64,000 bases of DNA from Auanema rhodensis (taxonomy: Eukaryota > Animalia > Nematoda): NCBI GenBank assembly GCA_964057225.1, contig CAXKVF010000072.1:806001-870000 (forward strand), given 5' to 3'. This document shows, in pieces, positions 11,616 to 25,300 of the stretch. A program made the translations under genes and the position numbers. Below the pieces are notes generated by a model. It was not told the origin of the DNA. It searched no databases and saw only the letters and a program-made list of their open reading frames with translations. The first letter of the stretch is position 1; the number at the start of each line of letters is the position of its first letter.

Positions 11616-14600
11616 CAAAGTCATGGTTACCATGAACTAATATCAATAAAAATTTGTTTTTAGACTAATATGGACATGGGGAATCTAATTTTGAAAACCG
11701 CATCTCTTTATCTTTCACGTGAAGCGAGTTACATACCAAGTGCACATCACGTGTACATTTAATTAGCATAAATTAAAGTTCACGTAAATTTCAAAGTCAT
11801 GGTTACCATGAACCAATATCGATAAAAATTTGTTTTTAGACTAATATGGACATGGGGAATCTAATTTTGAAAACCGCATCTCTTTATCTTTCACGTGAAG
11901 CGAGTTACATACCAAGTGCACATCACGTGTACATTTAATTAGCATAAATTAAAGTTCACGTAAATTTCAAAGTCATGGTTACCATGAAGCAATATCAATA
12001 AAAATTTGTTTTTAGACTAATATGGACATGGGGAATCTAATTTTGAAAACCGCATCTCTTCATCTTTCACGTGAAGCGAGTTACATACCAAGTGCACATC
12101 ACGTGTACATTTAATTAGCATAAATTAAAGTTCACGTAAATTTCAAAGTCATTGTTACCATGCACCAATATCAATAAAAATTTGTTTTTAGACTAATATG
12201 GACATGGGGAATCTAATTTTGAAAACCGCATCTCTTTATCTTTCACGTGAAGCGAGTTACATACCAAGTGCACATCACGTGTACATTTAATTAGCATAAA
12301 TTAAAGTTCACGTAAATTTCAAAGTCATGGTTACCATGAACCAATATCAATAAAAATTTGTTTTTAGACTAATATGGACATGGGGAATCTAATTTTGAAA
12401 ACCGCATCTCTTTATCTTTCACGTGAAGCGAATTACATACCAAGTGCACATCACGTGTACATTTAATTAGCATAAATTAAAGTTCACGTAAATTTCAAAG
12501 TCATGGTTACCATGCACCAATATCAATAAAAATTTGTTTTTAAACTAATATGGACATGGGGAATATAATTTTGAAAACCGCATCTCTTTATCTTTCACGT
12601 GAAGCGAGTTACATACCAAGTGCACATCACGTGTACATTTAATTAGCATAAATTAAAGTTCACGTAAATTTCAAAGTCATGGTTACCATGCACCAATATC
12701 AATAAAAATTTGTTTTTAGACTAATATGGACATGGGGAATCTAATTTTGAAAACCGCATCTCTTCATCTTTCACGTGAAGCGAGTTACATACCAAGTGCA
12801 CATCACGTGTACATTTAATTAGCATAAATTAAAGTTCACGTAAATTTCAAAGTCATGGTTACCATGAACCAATATCAATAAAAATTTGTTTTTAGACTAA
12901 TATGGACATGGGGAATCTAATTTTGAAAACCGCATCTCTTTATCTTTCACGTGAAGCGAGTTACATACCAAGTGCACATCACGTGTACATTTAATTAGCA
13001 TAAATTAAAGTTCACGTAAATTTCAAAGTCATGGTTACCATGCACCAATATCAATAAAAATTTGTTTTTAGACTAATATGGACATGGGGAATCTAATTTT
13101 GAAAACCGCATCTCTTTATCTTTCACGTGAAGCGAGTTACATACCAAGTGCACATCACGTGTACATTTAATTAGCATAAATTAAAGTTCACGTAAATTTC
13201 AAAGTCATGGTTACCATGAACCAATATCAATAAAAATTTGTTTTTAGACTAATATGGACATGGGGAATCTAATTTTGAAAACCGCATCTCTTTATCTTTC
13301 ACGTGAAGCGAGTTACATACCAAGTGCACATCACGTGTACATTTAATTAGCATAAATTAAAGTTCACGTAAATTTCAAAGTCATGGTTACCATGAACCAA
13401 TATCAATAAAAATTTGTTTTTAGACTAATATGGACATGGGGAATCTAATTTTGAAAACCGCATCTCTTTATCTTTCACGTGAAGCGAGTTACATACCAAG
13501 TGCACATCACGTGTACATTTAATTAGCATAAATTAAAGTTCACGTAAATTTCAAAGTCATGGTTACCATGCACCAATATCAATAAAAATTTGTTTTTAAA
13601 CTAATATGGACATGGGGAATATAATTTTGAAAACCGCATCTCTTTATCTTTCACGTGAAGCGAGTTACATACCAAGTGCACATCACGTGTACATTTAATT
13701 AGCATAAATTAAAGTTCACGTAAATTTCAAAGTCATGGTTACCATGCACCAATATCAATAAAAATTTGTTTTTAGACTAATATGGACATGGGGAATCTAA
13801 TTTTGAAAACCGCATCTCTTTATCTTTCACGTGAAGCGAGTTACATACCAAGTGCACATCACGTGTACATTTAATTAGCATAAATTAAAGTTCACGTAAA
13901 TTTCAAAGTCATGGTTACCATGAACTAATATCAATAAAAATTTGTTTTTAGACTAATATGGACATGGGGAATCTAATTTTGAAAACCGCATCTCTTTATC
14001 TTTCACATGAAGCGAGTTACATACCAAGTGCACATCACGTGTACATTTAATTAGCATAAATTAAAGTTCACGTAAATTTCAAAGTCATGGTTACCATGAA
14101 CCAATATCAATAAAAATTTGTTTTTAGACTAATATGGACATGGGGAATCTAATTTTGAAAACCGCATCTCTTTATCTTTCACATGAAGCGAGTTACATAC
14201 CAAGTGCACATCACGTGTACATTTAATTAGCATAAATTAAAGTTCACGTAAATTTCAAAGTCATGGTTACCATGAACCAATATCAATAAAAATTTGTTTT
14301 TAGACTAATATGGACATGGGGAATCTAATTTTGAAAACCGCATCTCTTTATCTTTCACGTGAAGCGAGTTACATACCAAGTGCACATCACGTGTACATTT
14401 AATTAGCATAAATTAAAGTTCACGTAAATTTCAAAGTCATGGTTACCATGAACCAATATCAATAAAAATTTGTTTTTAGACTAATATGGACATGGGGAAT
14501 CTAATTTTGAAAACCGCATCTCTTTATCTTTCACGTGAAGCGAGTTACATACCAAGTGCACATCACGTGTACATTTAATTAGCATAAATTAAAGTTCACG

Positions 14601-15307
14601 TAAATTTCAAAGTCATGGTTACCATGCACCAATATCAATAAAAATTTGTTTTTAGACTAATATGGACACGGGGAATCTAATTTTGAAAACCGCATCTCTT
14701 TATCTTTCACGTGAAGCGAGTTACATACCAAGTGCACATCACGTGTACATTTAATTAGCATAAATTAAAGTTCACGTAAATTTCAAAGTCATGGTTACCA
14801 TGAAGCAATATCAATAAAAATTTGTTTTTAGACTAATATGGACATGGGGAATCTAATTTTGAAAACCGCATCTCTTTATCTTTCACGTGAAGCGAGTTAC
14901 ATACCAAGTGCACATCACGTGTACATTTAATTAGCATAAATTAAAGTTCACGTAAATTTCAAAGTCATGGTTACCATGCACCAATATCAATAAAAATTTG
15001 TTTTTAGACTAATATGGACATGGGGAATCTAATTTTGAAAACCGCATCTCTTTATCTTTCACGTGAAGCGAGTTACATACCAAGTGCACATCACGTGTAC
15101 ATTTAATTAGCATAAATTAAAGTTCACGTAAATTTCAAAGTCATGGTTACCATGAAGCAATATCAATAAAAATTTGTTTTTAGACTAATATGGACATGGG
15201 GAATCTAATTTTGAAAACCGCATCTCTTTATCTTTCACGTGAAGCGAGTTACCAAGTGCACATCACGTGTACATTTAATTAGCATAAATTAAAGTTCACG
15301 TAAATTT

Positions 15308-18300
15308 CAAAGTCATGGTTACCATGAAGCAATATCAATAAAAATTTGTTTTTAGACTAATATGGACAGGGGGAATCTAATTTTGAAAACCGCATCTCTT
15401 TATCTTTCACGTGAAGCGAGTTACATACCAAGTGCACATCACGTGTACATTTAATTAGCATAAATTAAAGTTCACGTAAATTTCAAAGTCATGGTTACCA
15501 TGAAGCAATATCAATAAAAATTTGTTTTTAGACTAATATGGACATGGGGAATCTAATTTTGAAAACCGCATCTCTTTATCTTTCACGTGAAGCGAGTTAC
15601 ATACCAAGTGCACATCACGTGTACATTTAATTAGCATAAATTAAAGTTCACGTAAATTTCAAAGTCATGGTTACCATGAACCAATATCAATAAAAATTTG
15701 TTTTTAGACTAATATGGACATGGGGAATCTAATTTTGAAAACCGAATCTCTTTATCTTTCACGTGAAGCGAGTTACATACCAAGTGCACATCACGTGTAC
15801 ATTTAATTAGCATGAATTAAAGTTCACGTAAATTTCAAAGTCATGGTTACCATGCACCAATATCAATAAAAATTTGTTTTTAGACTAATATGGACATGGG
15901 GAATCTAATTTTGAAAACCGCATCTCTTTATCTTTCACGTGAAGCGAGTTACATACCAAGTGCACATCACGTGTACATTTAATTAGCATAAATTAAAGTT
16001 CACGTAAATTTCAAAGTCATGGTTACCATGAACCAATATCAATAAAAATTTGTTTTTAGACTAATATGGACATGGGGAATCTAATTTTGAAAACCGCATC
16101 TCTTTATCTTTCACGTGAAGCGAGTTACATACCAAGTGCACATCACGTGTACATTTAATTAGCATAAATTAAAGTTCACGTAAATTTCAAAGTCATGGTT
16201 ACCATGCACCAATATCAATAAAAATTTGTTTTTAGACTAATATGGACATGGGGAATCTAATTTTGAAAACCGCATCTCTTTATCTTTCACGTGAAGCGAG
16301 TTACATACCAAGTGCACATCACGTGTACATTTAATTAGCATAAATTAAAGTTCACGTAAATTTCAAAGTCATGGTTACCATGAACCAATATCAATAAAAA
16401 TTTGTTTTTAGACTAATATGGACATGGGGAATCTAATTTTGAAAACCGCATCTCTTCTTCTTTCACGTGAAGCGAGTTACATACCAAGTGCACATCACGT
16501 GTACATTTAATTAGCATAAATTAAAGTTCACGTAAATTTCAAAGTCATGGTTACCATGAACCAATATCAATAAAAATTTGTTTTTAGACTAATATGGACA
16601 TGGGGAATCTAATTTTGAAAACCGCATCTCTTTATCTTTCACGTGAAGCGAGTTACATACCAAGTGCACATCACGTGTACATTTAATTAGCATAAATTAA
16701 AGTTCACGTAAATTTCAAAGTCATGGTTACCATGCACCAATATCAATAAAAATTTGTTTTTAAACTAATATGGACATGGGGAATCTAATTTTGAAAACCG
16801 CATCTCTTTATCTTTCACGTGAAGCGAGTTACATACCAAGTGCACATCACGTGTACATTTAATTAGCATAAATTAAAGTTCACGTAAATTTCAAAGTCAT
16901 GGTTACCATGCACCAATATCAATAAAAATTTGTTTTTAGACTAATATGGACATGGGGAATCTAATTTTGAAAACCGCATATCTTTATCTTTCACGTGAAG
17001 CGAGTTACATACCAAGTGCACATCACGTGTACATTTAATTAGCATAAATTAAAGTTCACGTAAATTTCAAAGTCATGGTTACCATGAACCAATATCAATA
17101 AAAATTTGTTTTTAGACTAATATGGACATGGAAAAATCTAATTTTGAAAACCGCATCTCTTTATCTTTCACGTGAAGCGAGTTACATACCAAGTGCACAT
17201 CACGTGTACATTTAATTAGCATAAATTAAAGTTCACGTAAATTTCAAAGTCATGGTTACCATGAAGCAATATCAATAAAAATTTGTTTTTAGACTAATAT
17301 GGACAGGGGGAATCTAATTTTGAAAACCGCATCTCTTTATCTTTCACGTGAAGCGAGTTACATACCAAGTGCACATCACGTGTACATTTAATTAGCATAA
17401 ATTAAAGTTCACGTAAATTTCAAAGTCATGGTTACCATGAAGCAATATCAATAAAAATTTGTTTTTAGACTAATATGGACATGGGGAATCTAATTTTGAA
17501 AACCGCATCTCTTTATCTTTCACGTGAAGCGAGTTACATACCAAGTGCACATCACGTGTACATTTAATTAGCATAAATTAAAGTTCACGTAAATTTCAAA
17601 GTCATGGTTACCATGAACCAATATCAATAAAAATTTGTTTTTAGACTAATATGGACATGGGGAATCTAATTTTGAAAACCGAATCTCTTTATCTTTCACG
17701 TGAAGCGAGTTACATACCAAGTGCACATCACGTGTACATTTAATTAGCATGAATTAAAGTTCACGTAAATTTCAAAGTCATGGTTACCATGCACCAATAT
17801 CAATAAAAATTTGTTTTTAGACTAATATGGACATGGGGAATCTAATTTTGAAAACCGCATCTCTTTATCTTTCACGTGAAGCGAGTTACATACCAAGTGC
17901 ACATCACGTGTACATTTAATTAGCATAAATTAAAGTTCACGTAAATTTCAAAGTCATGGTTACCATGAACCAATATCAATAAAAATTTGTTTTTAGACTA
18001 ATATGGACATGGGGAATCTAATTTTGAAAACCGCATCTCTTTATCTTTCACGTGAAGCGAGTTACATACCAAGTGCACATCACGTGTACATTTAATTAGC
18101 ATAAATTAAAGTTCACGTAAATTTCAAAGTCATGGTTACCATGCACCAATATCAATAAAAATTTGTTTTTAGACTAATATGGACATGGGGAATCTAATTT
18201 TGAAAACCGCATCTCTTTATCTTTCACGTGAAGCGAGTTACATACCAAGTGCACATCACGTGTACATTTAATTAGCATAAATTAAAGTTCACGTAAATTT

Positions 18301-19181
18301 CAAAGTCATGGTTACCATGAACCAATATCAATAAAAATTTGTTTTTAGACTAATATGGACATGGGGAATCTAATTTTGAAAACCGCATCTCTTCTTCTTT
18401 CACGTGAAGCGAGTTACATACCAAGTGCACATCACGTGTACATTTAATTAGCATAAATTAAAGTTCACGTAAATTTCAAAGTCATGGTTACCATGAACCA
18501 ATATCAATAAAAATTTGTTTTTAGACTAATATGGACATGGGGAATCTAATTTTGAAAACCGCATCTCTTTATCTTTCACGTGAAGCGAGTTACATACCAA
18601 GTGCACATCACGTGTACATTTAATTAGCATAAATTAAAGTTCACGTAAATTTCAAAGTCATGGTTACCATGCACCAATATCAATAAAAATTTGTTTTTAA
18701 ACTAATATGGACATGGGGAATCTAATTTTGAAAACCGCATCTCTTTATCTTTCACGTGAAGCGAGTTACATACCAAGTGCACATCACGTGTACATTTAAT
18801 TAGCATAAATTAAAGTTCACGTAAATTTCAAAGTCATGGTTACCATGCACCAATATCAATAAAAATTTGTTTTTAGACTAATATGGACATGGGGAATCTA
18901 ATTTTGAAAACCGCATATCTTTATCTTTCACGTGAAGCGAGTTACATACCAAGTGCACATCACGTGTACATTTAATTAGCATAAATTAAAGTTCACGTAA
19001 ATTTCAAAGTCATGGTTACCATGAACCAATATCAATAAAAATTTGTTTTTAGACTAATATGGACATGGAAAAATCTAATTTTGAAAACCGCATCTCTTTA
19101 TCTTTCACGTGAAGCGAGTTACATACCAAGTGCACATCACGTGTACATTTAATTAGCATAAATTAAAGTTCACGTAAATTT
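15308..19181. repeat. 11-monomer higher-order repeat, 2 tandem copies (1937 bp period)
   Basis: T62G at 15369/17306, C86A at 15745/17682 and the 177-bp GGAAAAA monomer at ~17131/19068 are all offset by 1937 = 11x176+1. Confidence 0.92.
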
Positions 19182-22100
19182 CAAAGTCATGGTTACCATG
19201 CACCAATATCAATAAAAATTTGTTTTTAGACTAATATGGACATGGGGAATCTAATTTTGAAAACCGCATCTCTTTATCTTTCACGTGAAGCGAGTTACAT
19301 ACCAAGTGCACATCACGTGTACATTTAATTAGCATAAATTAAAGTTCACGTAAATTTCAAAGTCATGGTTACCATGAACCAATATCAATAAAAATTTGTT
19401 TTCAGACTAATATGGACATGGGGAATCTAATTTTGAAAACCGCATCTCTTCTTCTTTCACGTGAAGCGAGTTACATACCAAGTGCACATCACGTGTACAT
19501 TTAATTAGCATAAATTAAAGTTCACGTAAATTTCAAAGTCATGGTTACCATGAACCAATATCAATAAAAATTTGTTTTTAGACTAATATGGACATGGGGA
19601 ATCTAATTTTGAAAACCGCATCTCTTTATCTTTCACGTGAAGCGAGTTACATACCAAGTGCACATCACGTGTACATTTAATTAGCATAAATTAAAGTTCA
19701 CGTAAATTTCAAAGTCATGGTTACCATGCACCAATATGAATAAAAATTTGTTTTTAAACTAATATGGACATGGGGAATCTAATTTTGAAAACCGCATCTC
19801 TTTATCTTTCACGTGAAGCGAGTTACATACCAAGTGCACATCACGTGTACATTTAATTAGCATAAATTAAAGTTCACGTAAATTTCAAAGTCATGGTTAC
19901 CATGAAGCAATATCAATAAAAATTCGTTTTTAGACTAATATGGACATGGGGAATCTAATTTTGAAAACCGCATCTCTTTATCTTTCACGTGAAGCGAGTT
20001 ACATACCAAGTGCACATCACGTGTACATTTAATTAGCATAAATTAAAGTTCACGTAAATTTCAAAGTCATGGTTACCATGAACCAATATCAATAAAAATT
20101 TGTTTTTAGACTAATATGGACATGGGGAATCTAATTTTGAAAACCGAATCTCTTTATCTTTCACGTGAAGCGAGTTACATACCAAGTGCACATCACGTGT
20201 ACATTTAATTAGCATGAATTAAAGTTCACGTAAATTTCAAAGTCATGGTTACCATGCACCAATATCAATAAAAATTTGTTTTTAGACTAATATGGACATG
20301 GGGAATCTAATTTTGAAAACCGCATCTCTTTATCTTTCACGTGAAGCGAGTTACATACCAAGTGCACATCACGTGTACATTTAATTAGCATAAATTAAAG
20401 TTCACGTAAATTTCAAAGTCATGGTTACCATGAACCAATATCAATAAAAATTTGTTTTTAGACTAATATGGACATGGGGAATCTAATTTTGAAAACCGCA
20501 TCTCTTTATCTTTCACGTGAAGCGAGTTACATACCAAGTGCACATCACGTGTACATTTAATTAGCATAAATTAAAGTTCACGTAAATTTCAAAGTCATGG
20601 TTACCATGCACCAATATCAATAAAAATTTGTTTTTAGACTAATATGGACATGGGGAATCTAATTTTGAAAACCGCATCTCTTTATCTTTCACGTGAAGCG
20701 AGTTACATACCAAGTGCACATCACGTGTACATTTAATTAGCATAAATTAAAGTTCACGTAAATTTCAAAGTCATGGTTACCATGAACCAATATCAATAAA
20801 AATTTGTTTTTAGACTAATATGGACATGGGGAATCTAATTTTGAAAACCGCATCTCTTCTTCTTTCACGTGAAGCGAGTTACATACCAAGTGCACATCAC
20901 GTGTACATTTAATTAGCATAAATTAAAGTTCACGTAAATTTCAAAGTCATGGTTACCATGAACCAATATCAATAAAAATTTGTTTTTAGACTAATATGGA
21001 CATGGGGAATCTAATTTTGAAAACCGCATCTCTTTATCTTTCACGTGAAGCGAGTTACATACCAAGTGCACATCACGTGTACATTTAATTAGCATAAATT
21101 AAAGTTCACGTAAATTTCAAAGTCATGGTTACCATGCACTAATATCAATAAAAATTTGTTTTTAAACTAATATGGACATGGGGAATCTAATTTTGAAAAC
21201 CGCATCTCTTTATCTTTCACGTGAAGCGAGTTACATACCAAGTGCACATCACGTGTACATTTAATTAGCATAAATTAAAGTTCACGTAAATTTCAAAGTC
21301 ATGGTTACCATGCACCAATATCAATAAAAATTTGTTTTTAGACTAATATGGACATGGGGAATCTAATTTTGAAAACCGCATATCTTTATCTTTCACGTGA
21401 AGCGAGTTACATACCAAGTGCACATCACGTGTACATTTAATTAGCATAAATTAAAGTTCACGTAAATTTCAAAGTCATGGTTACCATGAACCAATATCAA
21501 TAAAAATTTGTTTTTAGACTAATATGGACATGGAAAAATCTAATTTTGAAAACCGCATCTCTTTATCTTTCACGTGAAGCGAGTTACATACCAAGTGCAC
21601 ATCACGTGTACATTTAATTAGCATAAATTAAAGTTCACGTAAATTTCAAAGTCATGGTTACCATGCACCAATATCAATAAAAATTTGTTTTTAGACTAAT
21701 ATGGACATGGGGAATCTAATTTTGAAAACCGCATCTCTTTATCTTTCACGTGAAGCGAGTTACACACCAAGTGCACATCACGTGTACATTTAATTAGCAT
21801 AAATTAAAGTTCACGTAAATTTCAAAGTCATGGTTACCATGAACCAATATCAATAAAAATTTGTTTTCAGACTAATATGGACATGGGGAATCTAATTTTG
21901 AAAACCGCATCTCTTCTTCTTTCACGTGAAGCGAGTTACATACCAAGTGCACATCACGTGTACATTTAATTAGCATAAATTAAAGTTCACGTAAATTTCA
22001 AAGTCATGGTTACCATGAACCAATATCAATAAAAATTTGTTTTTAGACTAATATGGACATGGGGAATCTAATTTTGAAAACCGCATCTCTTTATCTTTCA

Positions 22101-22350
22101 CGTGAAGCGAGTTACATACCAAGTGCACATCACGTGTACATTTAATTAGCATAAATTAAAGTTCACGTAAATTTCAAAGTCATGGTTACCATGCACCAAT
22201 ATGAATAAAAATTTGTTTTTAAACTAATATGGACATGGGGAATCTAATTTTGAAAACCGCATCTCTTTATCTTTCACGTGAAGCGAGTTACATACCAAGT
22301 GCACATCACGTGTACATTTAATTAGCATAAATTAAAGTTCACGTAAATTT
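17421..22350. repeat. 14-monomer higher-order repeat, 2 tandem copies (2465 bp period), overlapping the 11-mer
   Basis: C86A at 17682/20147, GGAAAAA at 19068/21533 and T46C at 19403/21868 are all offset by 2465 = 14x176+1. Confidence 0.9.
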
Positions 22351-25300
22351 CAAAGTCATGGTTACCATGAACCAATATCAATAAAAATTTGTTTTGAGAC
22401 TAATATGGACATGGGGAATCTAATTTTGAAAACCGCATCTCTTTATCTTTCACGTGAAGCGAGTTACATACCAAGTGCACATCACGTGTACATTTAATTA
22501 GCATAAATTAAAGTTCACGTAAATTTCAAAGTCATGGTTACCATGCACCAATATCAATAAAAATTTGTTTTGAGACTAATATGGACATGGGGAATCTAAT
22601 TTTGAAAACCGCATCTCTTTATCTTTCACGTGAAGCGAGTTACATACCAAGTGCACATCACGTGTACATTTAATTAGCATAAATTAAAGTTCACGTAAAT
22701 TTCAAAGTCATGGTTACCATGCACCAATATGAATAAAAATTTGTTTTTAAACTAATATGGACATGGGGAATCTAATTTTGAAAACCGCTTCTCTTTATCT
22801 TTCACGTGAAGCGAGTTACATACCAAGTGCACATCACGTGTACATTTAATTAGCATAAATTAAAGTTCACGTAAATTTCAAAGTCATGGTTACCATGAAC
22901 CAATATCAATAAAAATTTGTTTTGAGACTAATATGGACATGTGGAATCTAATTTTGAAAACCGCATCTCTTTATCTTTCACGTGAAGCGAGTTACATACC
23001 AAGTGCACATCACGTGTACATTTAATTAGCATAAATTAAAGTTCACGTAAATTTCAAAGTCATGGTTACCATGCACCAATATCAATAAAAATTTGTTTTG
23101 AGACTAATATGGACATGGGGAATCTAATTTTGAAAACCGCATCTCTTTATCTTTCACGTGAAGCGAGTTACATACCAAGTGCACATCACGTGTACATTTA
23201 ATTAGCATAAATTAAAGTTCACGTAAATTTCAAAGTCATGGTTACCATGAACCAATATCAATAAAAAATTGTTTTTAGACTAATATGGACATGGGGAATC
23301 TAATTTTGAAAACCGCATCTCTTTATCTTTCACGTGAAGCGAGTTACATACCAAGTGCACATCACGTGTACATTTAATTAGCATAAATTAAAGTTCACGT
23401 AAATTTCAAAGTCATGGTTACCATGAACCAATATCAATAAAAATTTGTTTTGAGACTAATATGGACATGGGGAATCTAATTTTGAAAACCGCATCTCTTT
23501 ATCTTTCACGTGAAGCGAGTTACATACCAAGTGCACATAACGTGTACATTTAATTAGCATAAATTAAAGTTCACGTAAATTTCAAAGTCATGGTTACCAT
23601 GCACCAATATCAATAAAAATTTGTTTTTAGACTAATATGGACATGGGGAATCTAATTTTGAAAACCGCATCTCTTTATCTTTCACGTGAAGCGAGTTACA
23701 TACCAAGTGCACATCTCGTGTACATTTAATTAGCATAAATTAAAGTTCACGTAAATTTCAAAGTCATGGTTACCATGAAGCAATATCAATAAAAATTTGT
23801 TTTTAGACTAATATGGACATGGGGAATCTAATTTTGAAAACCGCATCTCTTTATCTTTCACGTGAAGCGAGTTACATACCAAGTGCACATCACTTGTACA
23901 TTTAATTAGCATAAATTAAAGTTCACGTAAATTTCAAAGTCATGGTTACCATGAACCAATATCAATAAAAATTTGTTTTGAGACTAATATGGACATGGGG
24001 AATCGAATTTTGAAAACCGCATCTCTTTATCTTTCACGTGAAGCGAGTTACATACCAAGTGCACATCACGTGTACATTTAATTAGCATAAATTAAAGTTC
24101 ACGTAAATTTCAAAGTCATGGTTACCATGCACCAATATCAATAAAAATTTGTTTTTAGACTAATATGGACATGGGGAATCTAATTTTGAAAACCGCATCT
24201 CTTCTTCTTTCACGTGAAGCGAGTTACATACCAAGTGCACATCACGTGTACATTTAATTAGCATAAATTAAAGTTCACGTAAATTTCAAAGTCATGGTTA
24301 CCATGAAGCAATATCAATAAAAATTCGTTTTTAGACTAATATGGACATGGGGAATCTAATTTTGAAAACCGCATCTCTTTATCTTTCACGTGAAGCGAGT
24401 TACATACCAAGTGCACATCACGTGTACATTTAATTAGCATAAATTAAAGTTCACGTAAATTTCAAAGTCATGGTTACCATGAACCAATATCAATAAAAAT
24501 TTGTTTTTAGACTAATATGGACATGGGGAATCTAATTTTGAAAACCGAATCTCTTTATCTTTCACGTGAAGCGAGTTACATACCAAGTGCACATCACGTG
24601 TACATTTAATTAGCATGAATTAAAGTTCACGTAAATTTCAAAGTTATGGTTACCATGCACCAATATCAATAAAAATTTGTTTTTAGACTAATATGGACAT
24701 GGGGAATCTAATTTTGAAAACCGCATCTCTTTATCTTTCACGTGAAGCGAGTTACATACCAAGTGCACATCACGTGTACATTTAATTAGCATAAATTAAA
24801 GTTCACGTAAATTTCAAAGTCATGGTTACCATGAACCAATATCAATAAAAATTTGTTTTTAGACTAATATGGACATGGGGAATCTAATTTTGAAAACCGC
24901 ATCTCTTTATCTTTCACGTGAAGCGAGTTACATACCAAGTGCACATCACGTGTACATTTAATTAGCATAAATTAAAGTTCACGTAAATTTCAAAGTCATG
25001 GTTACCATGCACCAATATCAATAAAAATTTGTTTTTAGACTAATATGGACATGGGGAATCTAATTTTGAAAACCGCATCTCTTTATCTTTCACGTGAAGC
25101 GAGTTACATACCAAGTGCACATCACGTGTACATTTAATTAGCATAAATTAAAGTTCACGTAAATTTCAAAGTCATGGTTACCATGAACCAATATCAATAA
25201 AAATTTGTTTTTAGACTAATATGGACATGGGGAATCTAATTTTGAAAACCGCATCTCTTCTTCTTTCACGTGAAGCGAGTTACATACCAAGTGCACATCA

